From an uncultured Planctomycetia bacterium (GTDB taxonomy: Bacteria; Omnitrophota; Gorgyraeia; Taenaricolales; CAZCCH01), in NCBI GenBank assembly GCA_964497315.1, contig CAZCCH010000004.1, positions 18,307 to 82,306 on the forward strand: 64,000 bases of DNA, in the 5' to 3' direction. Both the position numbers and the translations under genes were made by a program. Below are positions 20,229-29,311 of the stretch, piece by piece; the stretch's first letter is position 1, and each line of letters starts with the position of its first letter. The notes below the pieces were generated by a model. It was not told the DNA's origin and did no database searches. It saw only the letters and a list, made by a program, of their open reading frames with translations.

Positions 20229-21668
20229 TCAATTAAGCGTAGCCTTTCTGGAATTCAATTTATTAACTATGGACCTTAAATTCTTTCGATAATAAAAGTT
20301 ACACATTGATATGGGGTGATGTTGTATATGATATTTTTTAAAATTTCCCTTATTTAAAGGTCCAACGATCTCTTTTTGGATTTCGTGGGTTAATTCAATA
20401 AACCTATCTGAAGAAATCTTGGTAAAGTTTTGTGTACAATCCGTACAATCATTCCATTCGATTTTATAACCTCTATTCAAGAGTTCTTTATAGGCACATG
20501 TTCCAGGCAAAGGCCAAAACTGGTTGAAATGAGCAAAATACGGCCTTATAGATTTAATAAAATTTGCAGACAGCATAAAATCTTCTTCTGTTTGGTCAAC
20601 ATAACCCTTGATCATATTTGCCCTAAAATTTAAACCTACGTCATGGGCCGCCTTTGCTGCTTCGCAATACCTTTCTACATTAATGTTCTTATTCATCCTA
20701 TTTAGTTCTTGTTGTGAACCTGATTCAAAACCGCATTCAACTAATACACAACCCGCGCTTTTCATTAATTTCAAAATTTTTGCTTTTGCCGCAACAGCTG
20801 TAAGCTGACAAATCCATTTGATCTTTTTATGCAAACCTTTTTTCTTAATCATTTCGCATATAGTCTCTGTTCTTTCCACATTGCTCAAAAACATATCGTC
20901 AGCAAAATAAATATAATCAACTTTGTAAGAGCAGATAATTTTTTCCATCTCTTCTAAGACATAATGTGGAGAATGATATCGCACCTTTCCTGGGAACATT
21001 AATGGGCCTGCACAATAATGGCACCTCCTAACACAACCGCGAGAAGAAAATATTGTTGTATGCTTACCTAGGAGATGTCGTTCTTCAACAGGTTTCAAAT
21101 AAAAGTTCATATTCAATAAACTTCTATCTGGAATAGGAATCTTATCTAAATTTTGTATCATTTCCCTTTTGCCAACAGTGTAGAAATCTTCACCCTTCCT
21201 GCTCCATACTCCAGGCATATCAAAAGAGGGAAGGTTATTGACTATATCTAACATGGTCATCTCTCCTTCCCCATCAACTACTAAGTCTATGTCTGGACAG
21301 CACATCAATGTCTCTTTTGGCTCAGCAGTAGGATGTGGTCCTCCTACAATATTAATAACATTAGGGTGAACTCGTTTAATCTTTTTAGAAAAATGTATAA
21401 CATCATACATAAGAGGTGTAGTAGCACTAAAACCGACAAGTTGAGGCTTAAATGATTTTATTCTTTCTAAAAGCTCTTGGTCTGTTGCGGCCAAGTCGTA
21501 ATTGTTCTTAATCAATAATTCATTCCTATCAGCTATCTTTACCTTATGTCCGTTATTTTGCAAGACTGTGGCAATATAAACTAATCCAAGTGGTGGAAAT
21601 GGGTGGTAACCATGAGAGAATTTATCTATTTTTTGAAGGACCAAAGGGTAAATAAAGAAAACGTTCAT
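20229..21668 (-). CDS. B12-binding-domain radical SAM protein
   Basis: PPLGLVYIA, VGFSATT, VGGPHPT, GEGE, SRGCVRRCHYC, FADDMF, GFESGSQ, PLPGT. Confidence 0.9.
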   Translation of the reverse strand: MNVFFIYPLVLQKIDKFSHGYHPFPPLGLVYIATVLQNNGHKVKIADRNELLIKNNYDLAATDQELLERIKSFKPQLVGFSATTPLMYDVIHFSKKIKRVHPNVINIVGGPHPTAEPKETLMCCPDIDLVVDGEGEMTMLDIVNNLPSFDMPGVWSRKGEDFYTVGKREMIQNLDKIPIPDRSLLNMNFYLKPVEERHLLGKHTTIFSSRGCVRRCHYCAGPLMFPGKVRYHSPHYVLEEMEKIICSYKVDYIYFADDMFLSNVERTETICEMIKKKGLHKKIKWICQLTAVAAKAKILKLMKSAGCVLVECGFESGSQQELNRMNKNINVERYCEAAKAAHDVGLNFRANMIKGYVDQTEEDFMLSANFIKSIRPYFAHFNQFWPLPGTCAYKELLNRGYKIEWNDCTDCTQNFTKISSDRFIELTHEIQKEIVGPLNKGNFKKYHIQHHPISMCNFYYRKNLRSIVNKLNSRKATLN

Positions 21669-21687
21669 TATAAATAACTTCCTATAT

Positions 21688-22719
21688 TTAGACTATAACC
21701 TCAGCTTTATGAATAAGCTTAAGTTTTTTAAAAATCTCTGCAGAATTTTTATCGTTTGTTATTATTGAATCATACTTTTTTCGCTTTTTTAGCACTCTCC
21801 AAATACACCTTAAAATGAAAAAATTATCAGGTAAAATGAATACCTTAATTCTAAAATGATCGCATAGTTTAATTTCTTTCGCTATATTCTTTTTAAAATA
21901 GACAAAAACACTTGAGGCCTTGTTGGCTTCCTGTCTTGTCTGCTTTTTAAGATTTTGCAAATATGAAGTATCTCTAGATGAAACTATATACACTAGGCGT
22001 TTCGGCTTATCCCATTTTTTATAAAACACTTCTGCATTTTTTGTGAAGATTCTTTTCGCATCGGTTGAGTCTGACCAAGAAGCACCTCCTATGTGCCATA
22101 CGTATGCCCTTTCTGCCATAACGCATCTATAGCCAATGGCCTGAATTCTCCTGCAAAAATCTACTTCTTCAAAATACCCCATGCCAAAGGTTTCATCAAG
22201 ATATCCAATTCTTTCTATTAGCTGACGCTTTATCAGCATGCAAAAGCCTTCACCGCTGTGAATCTCAATCGAGCGGCTATAAGAAGATTTTATTCTTTTT
22301 GCATATTCATCAATTGTTTCATTTGTTCTGGGATTTTTGCTAAAGGTATTACTAGCAGGTGTAACTACGCCTATTGACTCATCGCTTTCTGCGACAGCGA
22401 TTATTTCGCTTAACCAACCATCTGTGACTAATATATCATTATTTAAAAGACAAACATAATCGGCACTAGATTGCTTCATTCCTATATTCATACCTTTAGG
22501 ATATCCCTCATTGGCTTTATTAAATAAAACCGTAATACTTATCAAGTCATTGCCCTTTAGGTTTCTTAAATACCCCATAAAGTCTTCATTCTTGCTGCCA
22601 TTGTCAACAATTATAAGCCTGGTGGGTACGTGCGTATGTTTCAATATGCTCTCAATGCAAGGCTTGGTAAGCTTTAAGTATTCCCATGTTAAAAGAATTA
22701 AATCACAGCTTTTCGTCAT
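21688..22719 (-). CDS. GT2 glycosyltransferase with uncharacterised C-terminal extension
   Basis: CDLILLTW, IIVDNGS, NEGYPKGMNIG, LLNNDI, GFCMLIKR, GYLDE.FGMGYFEEVDFC; start moved to ATG 22719. Confidence 0.88.
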   Translation of the reverse strand: MTKSCDLILLTWEYLKLTKPCIESILKHTHVPTRLIIVDNGSKNEDFMGYLRNLKGNDLISITVLFNKANEGYPKGMNIGMKQSSADYVCLLNNDILVTDGWLSEIIAVAESDESIGVVTPASNTFSKNPRTNETIDEYAKRIKSSYSRSIEIHSGEGFCMLIKRQLIERIGYLDETFGMGYFEEVDFCRRIQAIGYRCVMAERAYVWHIGGASWSDSTDAKRIFTKNAEVFYKKWDKPKRLVYIVSSRDTSYLQNLKKQTRQEANKASSVFVYFKKNIAKEIKLCDHFRIKVFILPDNFFILRCIWRVLKKRKKYDSIITNDKNSAEIFKKLKLIHKAEVIV

Positions 22720-24280
22720 TTTTACAAATTTCCCAATATTTTGCCCATCTTGAAAAATCAACCCAGGAAAAAAGAACTGCAAAAATAAACCCATGCATAC
22801 CTTCTAGAAAACCTTTCTTTTTGATGTATAGCTTACGAAATATTTTTAAAGGTCTAAAAATTAATTTTTTACGCAACTTTTTATCTAGCATGCTTCCTTT
22901 TTGTTCATACATCTCAATGGCTTCATAGGTGGTATAACGATTGTGCCTGGCTATAAAGGTTTCTATATCCTTAAAAGGGTAATGCTCTATTTCTTCTTCT
23001 AGGGTTCCTATTTTGCCATTTACAATAAGTTCATGGTGCACTCTCCCTTTATATCTGGCAAATCCCTTTTTGAAAAAATGCAAAGAATAATGATACCACC
23101 CTCCGTATTTCATTGGACGTCCTAAAAAGAAATTTTTGCGTCTAAATTTATAGGCTACGAACTCCGTAGGACAGCTTAAAACTTCCATAACCTTCTTTTT
23201 AAAGGCCTCTGTGACTATTTCATCTGCGTCTAGCTGCACTATCCAATCTCCACTAGAGTTATCAATGCCTATATTTCTTTCCAGTCCAAAATCGCCCTCA
23301 AATTCATGCTGGATAACCTTGGCACCATATTCATTGCAGATATCAACTGTCTTATCAGTACTCATGCCGTCAACTACTACAATTTCATCTACCCATTTAA
23401 TAGACTCAAGGCAATTTCTGATTTTTTCTTCTTCATTTTTGACTATTAAAACTGCTGTAATTGCCTGCCTTTCATTATTCTGCATAGTGCTTCCTGCTTG
23501 TGTTTTTTGAACCATGGGTTGATTTTTATCTAATAGCATTTCCCACAATTTAGCAAAGGTTAAGATTTGATAAAATCCTGCAAACACAGCAAGGATAAAT
23601 CCCCAAGAACCATCCTTGTAACCTTTTTTTCCAACAAGACTGCGCCAGAATCTATCAATGGTCCTGCGTAGAGATCTACTAAAACCCATTTTTTTTTCTG
23701 CCCTGGCTTGCTTCTGCGCTTCTCTTGTTGTTTGATTATTGAGTTTGATTAAAAAATCTTCAATATCCCTGTAAGAGCAATGAATTATATCACTTTTTAA
23801 ATTGCCACATTCGCCTCCCATAAAGGCCCTCGGATGGACTTCTACCTCTTCATATCTGAATTCACTTTTTTTAAACAACTTAAGTTGTGCACTGGGGTAC
23901 CATCCGCCATATCTAACCCAATAATTACCAATGTAGTTTCTTCGCGCGATGTTATATCCATTCGCCGTTGGTGCAGTCTTTAATAAAGCTTCTATTTCAT
24001 CCATGAGTTCTGGCGTAGCCCGTTCATCAGCATCAAGGCTCAAAATCCATTCATTGTCTGCTAGTGAGTATGCGTAGTTTCTATGCTTGCCTTCTATGTC
24101 CATCTTGCGCTGATATACCTTAGCGCCAAGACTGCGGGCAATCTCTACTGTATCATCCTGGCTAAAATCATCCAGGACTACTACTTCATTCGCCCTTTTG
24201 ACAGATTCCAAGCATTCTTTAATTCTGTCTTTCTCATTCTTCGTGATTATTACAATTGATATTGGAATGTTTTCTTTCAT
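22703..24280 (-). CDS. Tandem double-GT2 glycosyltransferase (two WaaE/KdtX-like domains)
   Basis: Two repeats: IITKNE/LIVKNE, DDFSQDDT/DGMSTDKT, LDADE twice, YGGWYP/YGGWYH, EVHP/RVHH, KKGYKDG/KKGFLEG. Confidence 0.88.
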   Translation of the reverse strand: MKENIPISIVIITKNEKDRIKECLESVKRANEVVVLDDFSQDDTVEIARSLGAKVYQRKMDIEGKHRNYAYSLADNEWILSLDADERATPELMDEIEALLKTAPTANGYNIARRNYIGNYWVRYGGWYPSAQLKLFKKSEFRYEEVEVHPRAFMGGECGNLKSDIIHCSYRDIEDFLIKLNNQTTREAQKQARAEKKMGFSRSLRRTIDRFWRSLVGKKGYKDGSWGFILAVFAGFYQILTFAKLWEMLLDKNQPMVQKTQAGSTMQNNERQAITAVLIVKNEEEKIRNCLESIKWVDEIVVVDGMSTDKTVDICNEYGAKVIQHEFEGDFGLERNIGIDNSSGDWIVQLDADEIVTEAFKKKVMEVLSCPTEFVAYKFRRKNFFLGRPMKYGGWYHYSLHFFKKGFARYKGRVHHELIVNGKIGTLEEEIEHYPFKDIETFIARHNRYTTYEAIEMYEQKGSMLDKKLRKKLIFRPLKIFRKLYIKKKGFLEGMHGFIFAVLFSWVDFSRWAKYWEICKNDEKL

Positions 24281-25779
24281 TTCCTTCTATATATAATTAC
24301 CTTGTGAGGCCAATTCGCTACAGTCTTAAATTTATGATATCCTGGATCAGGCCGGTTCTCGAATCTTATATCAGGAACCGGCAGGTGTATTTTTTCATAT
24401 AAAGACTCTATTCTTTTCTGGTACCTACTACCAATAAATTCCTGAGGTTGCCAATCCCTGCGATAGACTATCCATTCCGGATAGGTTTCAGCCATAAAGG
24501 GTCCATTATCGACCTTCAAGTCAGTGTAGAATATCGCAGCGAAATCTCCATAATTCATTTTAACTGTATCGGCAGGATCAGCCTCTTTCTTTAAATATTC
24601 CACTATACCTTCGGCTGGACCATCATAGTCGTGATTTACCTCCCAGAGGTAATCATATAAATGCAACTTTGTTTGTTTTGCAAATGGTGCTCCGGTATGA
24701 AATATATTTGTAAAACCCACAAGTATAAACAAGCTAAATGCTAAGAGGCTCGATTGCTTTTGCCATCCGGCTAAGACAAGTGCCATTAACATAAAACATA
24801 ACGGTACTAAGTGGATTATATATCGCAACTGCCTTTCATCCGCTAATAATAGAAAAAAGATAGTAGAAATGATAACTATGATGGGTAACCATAAAGACGA
24901 TTTATCCAAAGGATCCTCTAAAACCGGAAACCGCCTCCTAATCCGAAAATACACTAAAGAAATAAATACAAATAGCAACGGGAATATATACTTGTTCAAA
25001 ACTCTGACATAGAATTCCAGGTGATCCTCTGTGCGCTCCAAAGAAAACTGCCCGCTATATTCGAAGCTACCTAAGTAAAGCAAGGAAGGTGCAGTCAATA
25101 TAAACACTGCAAACAATATAATTGATATTATTCTTAGCTTAAGTACATTTCTATGGAATAAAATATAATGAACGAAAATCGCACTCAAAACAGGAAAAAA
25201 TATCCCATAATTGCTATGAAATAAACACGCAGCAGAAATTATAAATCCGAAAGCAGGGGCAATTTTTCTATTCCGCAATAAGTCCAAATAGGATAAAACT
25301 AGCCATAGTGTAAAAAATATAGTCAGGGCATACCAGCGACACTGCCGTACATACAAAAGGAAGGGAACGAAAAATACCATTAAAGCAACACTAACGCGGG
25401 ATACAAATCTGTTTTTAAAAAGTCTATTAGCTAAAAGAAAACACATAGGCACACAACCAAGACCAAACAGCACAAAAACTAATCTGGCGGTAAATGTAGA
25501 TTCCCCGAATAACCAAAAGATACCTGCTACAAGATAGAATTGAAGCCAAGCAGCGTATTTCCAACCTTTATTTACACATGGATCTTCATATATATTCCTA
25601 ACTAAATTTTTACCATCATATGCCTGTGGAATTCCGAACTTGAGAGTATTTCTAGCCAAAACCGCCGTCTCTGCCTCATCCTGCCAAAGATATACATTGC
25701 CTAAATTGGTAAATAAAAGTACTCCTGCCAATAGACAAAGTAAAACCAATATTAAGTCTCTTCTGCCATGCTCCATCAT
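24277..25779 (-). CDS. GT-C fold (ArnT/PMT-like) polyprenol-phosphate-sugar-dependent glycosyltransferase
   Basis: LWQDEAETA in first loop, FGESTFTARL, RQCRWYAL, many TM helices, RYIIHLVP, soluble C-terminus. Confidence 0.78.
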   Translation of the reverse strand: MMEHGRRDLILVLLCLLAGVLLFTNLGNVYLWQDEAETAVLARNTLKFGIPQAYDGKNLVRNIYEDPCVNKGWKYAAWLQFYLVAGIFWLFGESTFTARLVFVLFGLGCVPMCFLLANRLFKNRFVSRVSVALMVFFVPFLLYVRQCRWYALTIFFTLWLVLSYLDLLRNRKIAPAFGFIISAACLFHSNYGIFFPVLSAIFVHYILFHRNVLKLRIISIILFAVFILTAPSLLYLGSFEYSGQFSLERTEDHLEFYVRVLNKYIFPLLFVFISLVYFRIRRRFPVLEDPLDKSSLWLPIIVIISTIFFLLLADERQLRYIIHLVPLCFMLMALVLAGWQKQSSLLAFSLFILVGFTNIFHTGAPFAKQTKLHLYDYLWEVNHDYDGPAEGIVEYLKKEADPADTVKMNYGDFAAIFYTDLKVDNGPFMAETYPEWIVYRRDWQPQEFIGSRYQKRIESLYEKIHLPVPDIRFENRPDPGYHKFKTVANWPHKVIIYRRK

Positions 25780-26468
25780 GATGTAAACCTCAAGATTATC
25801 AATTCTACAATCGTAATTATTACATTCAGCGGTAAATCTCCCTTTGCGATTCCCGCTTTCCTAGGAAGATAATCCACCTCTACTTCTTTAAAGTTACAGC
25901 CATTGCGTTTTGCCTTAAATATGACCTCAGCATCCACGCATATACCTCTTGATGTAATTTCCATATTTTTAAATACATCTTTTTTGAAAAGTTTTACCCA
26001 GTTTACATCTTTTAAAGTAATACCAAATAGAAAAAACATTGCCAACCTAAAAACTTTGGTTTTTATCCTTCGAAGTAAAGGATCTGTGTGTCTATATTTA
26101 CGACAGCCCACAATGACATCAAAATCTTTCCATTCTATAAATTTATCTAAATCATCTATGTTGAATTGTCCATCCGAAGGCACAAGTGTTAAATAATCGT
26201 ACCTTGCTGACAATATGCCTGATTTCTGCGCCCCGCCATAACCTATATTAAAAGGATGGTGAATTACTTTAATCATTGCATGTTCGCTAGACAGCCTTTC
26301 TGCAATTTTACGAGTTGCGTCTTTACTGCCATCATTGACTATAAGTATTTCATATTCTTTTGCTAGGGAAGGTAGCTTATTTCTAACTGCTTCAACTACA
26401 ACTTCTAATAACTCTTGTTCATTAAAGGCTGGTATAACTACTGTTAAATTCGGAAGTAGCTCTTTCAT
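25776..26468 (-). CDS. Polyprenol-phosphate glycosyltransferase (DPM1-like GT2)
   Basis: VVIPAFNE, IVNDGSKD, NIGYGGA, SDGQF, DVNWVKLF, EVEVDYLPRKAG. Confidence 0.85.
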   Translation of the reverse strand: MKELLPNLTVVIPAFNEQELLEVVVEAVRNKLPSLAKEYEILIVNDGSKDATRKIAERLSSEHAMIKVIHHPFNIGYGGAQKSGILSARYDYLTLVPSDGQFNIDDLDKFIEWKDFDVIVGCRKYRHTDPLLRRIKTKVFRLAMFFLFGITLKDVNWVKLFKKDVFKNMEITSRGICVDAEVIFKAKRNGCNFKEVEVDYLPRKAGIAKGDLPLNVIITIVELIILRFTS

Positions 26469-26470
26469 AT

Positions 26471-27877
26471 CTAAATAAAATCCTCTCGCGTTTTATCTTT
26501 AGAACAAACTAAATGGCTAATTAAATAAAAACCTCCCCGCATGGATTCCAAAGGGTATCTAATGAAAAATTTGGCCCTGGAAGCTATATACTTTGGCCTG
26601 AGATAGTATTCTTTTAAAAACCTACCCTCCCATGCAGTTAATTTCTTCTCAAATTCAACATCTTTTAAACGGTTTTTGTATGGAAAAAGCGAAAAATCTA
26701 TTTTCTCTTTCATGTCATTGAAAAAGGCTGTACCAGGATATGGAACAGTTTTAAAAATGGTACAGTAGTCTAGTTTGCACTTCTTTGCCAACTTTAGTGT
26801 CTCATTGAAATCTTCTTCTGTTTCAATAGGAGCTCCAACCATAAAAAACCCTGCTACTTCTATTTTGGCCTTATTAACAAGATTTATTTTCTCAGGTATC
26901 TCTTCCACCTTGTATGACTTTTTGTAATAATCTAAAATTTTCTGCGAACCGCTTTCTATTCCTATGTACAACCGCTTACAACCTGCCTTTTTCATTGCCC
27001 CAAGCATATTCCCATCAAGGGTATTAATTCTACTTAAAGCTGCCCAATTGACCTTTAGGCCTTTTTCTAATATCAAGTCACATATCTTTATAACGCGTTC
27101 TTTTTTGACCGTGAAGGTATCATCTAGAAATCTAATGTTTCTTATTTTAAAGCGCTGGACGATTTCCTCTATTTCTGCAACTACACTTTCTGCTGAACGA
27201 AATGCAAGTCTATTTCCGTATGTCCGTACACAATACGTACAAGCATAGGGGCAACCCCTCGAAGTAAGGATTGTAGTAAATGGTTTGCCTAAAAAAAGAT
27301 CATTGTAAAGTCTATTGTCTATGAGGCTACGCTCAGGATGGGGTAATGAGTCTAAATCCTTTATTCTGCCTCTGGGTTCATTAATGGTTACATTGCCGTT
27401 ACGCTTAAATGCAATACCGTTTATATTGCCTATGTCCTCATTTTTAATTAGGCTATCGCAAAAAACTGAGAATGTCTCCTCGGGTTCATCCATTATTATA
27501 ATATCTACCTTAGATTTATTGAGTATTTCTTCAGGAAATAGGGTTGGATAATAACCTATTGCTATAAACTTTGTAGTTACAAGTTTGCCTTTTAAAAAAT
27601 CCAAAACTTCTATATCTTCACCAAATATCTCAAAGCCTGGCATAAATACTAAAAGGTCTGGCTTTGCTTCTTTTAGCCTTTCAGAAACCGCCTCAGCATT
27701 CATTCCCTGGGCGATTGCATCGATTATCTCTGTTTCTACACCCTCCTTTTTATGCGCTACTGCAGCTAAATACATCAACTCTATTGGAGGAAACAAAAAA
27801 TTTGGTGCATTATAAGAACACATGTATCTACGAATAACTTTATTTCTATTTGGTAGGTTTAAAAATGTTATTTTCAT
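26471..27877 (-). CDS. B12-binding-domain radical SAM protein
   Basis: FPPIELMYLAA, TSRGCPYACTYC, FLDDTFT, GIESGSQKIL, FFMVGAP.ET, PYPGT. Confidence 0.88.
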   Translation of the reverse strand: MKITFLNLPNRNKVIRRYMCSYNAPNFLFPPIELMYLAAVAHKKEGVETEIIDAIAQGMNAEAVSERLKEAKPDLLVFMPGFEIFGEDIEVLDFLKGKLVTTKFIAIGYYPTLFPEEILNKSKVDIIIMDEPEETFSVFCDSLIKNEDIGNINGIAFKRNGNVTINEPRGRIKDLDSLPHPERSLIDNRLYNDLFLGKPFTTILTSRGCPYACTYCVRTYGNRLAFRSAESVVAEIEEIVQRFKIRNIRFLDDTFTVKKERVIKICDLILEKGLKVNWAALSRINTLDGNMLGAMKKAGCKRLYIGIESGSQKILDYYKKSYKVEEIPEKINLVNKAKIEVAGFFMVGAPIETEEDFNETLKLAKKCKLDYCTIFKTVPYPGTAFFNDMKEKIDFSLFPYKNRLKDVEFEKKLTAWEGRFLKEYYLRPKYIASRAKFFIRYPLESMRGGFYLISHLVCSKDKTREDFI

Positions 27878-27889
27878 AGTGCAATCTTT

Positions 27890-29311
27890 TTAGATGCCCC
27901 CTGCTATGGCTAGAAAACCATCGAAGTAACGTTTGATATCATTCAAACTTCTAATTTGTTTAATCTGTTGAAAAATATATTTTGGCCTGAGATAAAACCT
28001 TTTATGTATAACAGAAGATATTGAGCGTAATTGTTCTTCAGTCATCCCTTTGGGTATATAAGCAATATCTGCCGAATCCGGGATGTTCAACTGGCAAAAT
28101 TGACTCCATTTTCTATGAAGAAGCGTCCCTTCTTTTGATGCAATATCAAACAATTCATTTCCAGGGTATAGCGTCACATTATAAAAATTGGCTATATCTA
28201 TAGGTAAGGATTTAGCAAATTCCAAGCTGCGGTTTATGGAATCGAGGGTATCTCCTGGCATGCCAATAACAAAAAATGCCCTCACGTTAAGCCCTGCCTT
28301 TTTTGCCTGCTTAACTGCTCTGGAGCTATCCTCTATGGTCATGCCCTTCTTCATGCTAGCTAAGATAGCTGGATCTCCTGATTCTAGGCCGAATCCTATC
28401 TGCCAGCACCCTGCTTGTTTCATAAGTCTTAAAAGTTCTTCATTCACACAGCGCACATGTGAGAGACAAGACCAGATAATATCTAATTTCTTTTTTATTA
28501 TCTGTTGGCATATAGCCATAGCTCTTTCTTTATTAACTGTGAAAGTATCATCGAAGAATTTTATCTCTTTAACACCATATTTAAACTTAAGCTCTTCTAT
28601 TTCCTCTAATACGTTTTGTACTGAACGAGCTCTAAACTTATTGCCAAATACCTTCCTATCGCAAAATGTACATCCAAAGGGACACCCCCTACTGGTCATC
28701 ATATGTGCAAAAGGCAACTTTCTATATGAAGCAGCAACAGGTTTGTAATACTTTAAGTCAGGATAGAGATGGCGTGCCGGAGGTGGTAATTTATCCAAAT
28801 TGTCTATATAACCAGCTCTTTGTGTTATTTTTATACGACCATTTTCTTTATACGCTACACCTTCTATCTTTTCTAGTTGCAGGGAATTTTCTTGTATTTG
28901 TTTTGCTAATTCCAAAAATGCATACTCGCCTTCTCCTATAATACCTATATCAAAATTAGAATTCTGCATTGCTTCTTCTGGAATAGCGGTCATGTGGGGT
29001 CCTCCTAATACCAGAAAAACCCCTGACAATGCATCTTTTATCTTTTTTGCAACTGAACAGGCATTCGGATAAGAAAGTGTTGTGGCGGTTATTCCAATAA
29101 TTTGCGGGTTAGCCTCCTTAAGCATACCAACTAACTCCTCTTCTTGTGTATTTAAAGGACGACTGTCGATTATGCTAATATCAAAACCTTCTCTTTCTAA
29201 AACTGCAGCTATATAACCCAGCCCCAAAGATGGTAAAACATTGGCTATCCTCTTAAATTTTCCAGCATATTCTGGCCTAGATAAAGGGGGGTCTATTAAG
29301 CAAATCTTCAT
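27890..29311 (-). CDS. B12-binding-domain radical SAM protein
   Basis: PSLGLGYIAA, IIGITATT, LGGPHMT, GEGE, TSRGCPFGCTFC, FFDDTFT, GLESG, LYPG. Confidence 0.92.
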   Translation of the reverse strand: MKICLIDPPLSRPEYAGKFKRIANVLPSLGLGYIAAVLEREGFDISIIDSRPLNTQEEELVGMLKEANPQIIGITATTLSYPNACSVAKKIKDALSGVFLVLGGPHMTAIPEEAMQNSNFDIGIIGEGEYAFLELAKQIQENSLQLEKIEGVAYKENGRIKITQRAGYIDNLDKLPPPARHLYPDLKYYKPVAASYRKLPFAHMMTSRGCPFGCTFCDRKVFGNKFRARSVQNVLEEIEELKFKYGVKEIKFFDDTFTVNKERAMAICQQIIKKKLDIIWSCLSHVRCVNEELLRLMKQAGCWQIGFGLESGDPAILASMKKGMTIEDSSRAVKQAKKAGLNVRAFFVIGMPGDTLDSINRSLEFAKSLPIDIANFYNVTLYPGNELFDIASKEGTLLHRKWSQFCQLNIPDSADIAYIPKGMTEEQLRSISSVIHKRFYLRPKYIFQQIKQIRSLNDIKRYFDGFLAIAGGI

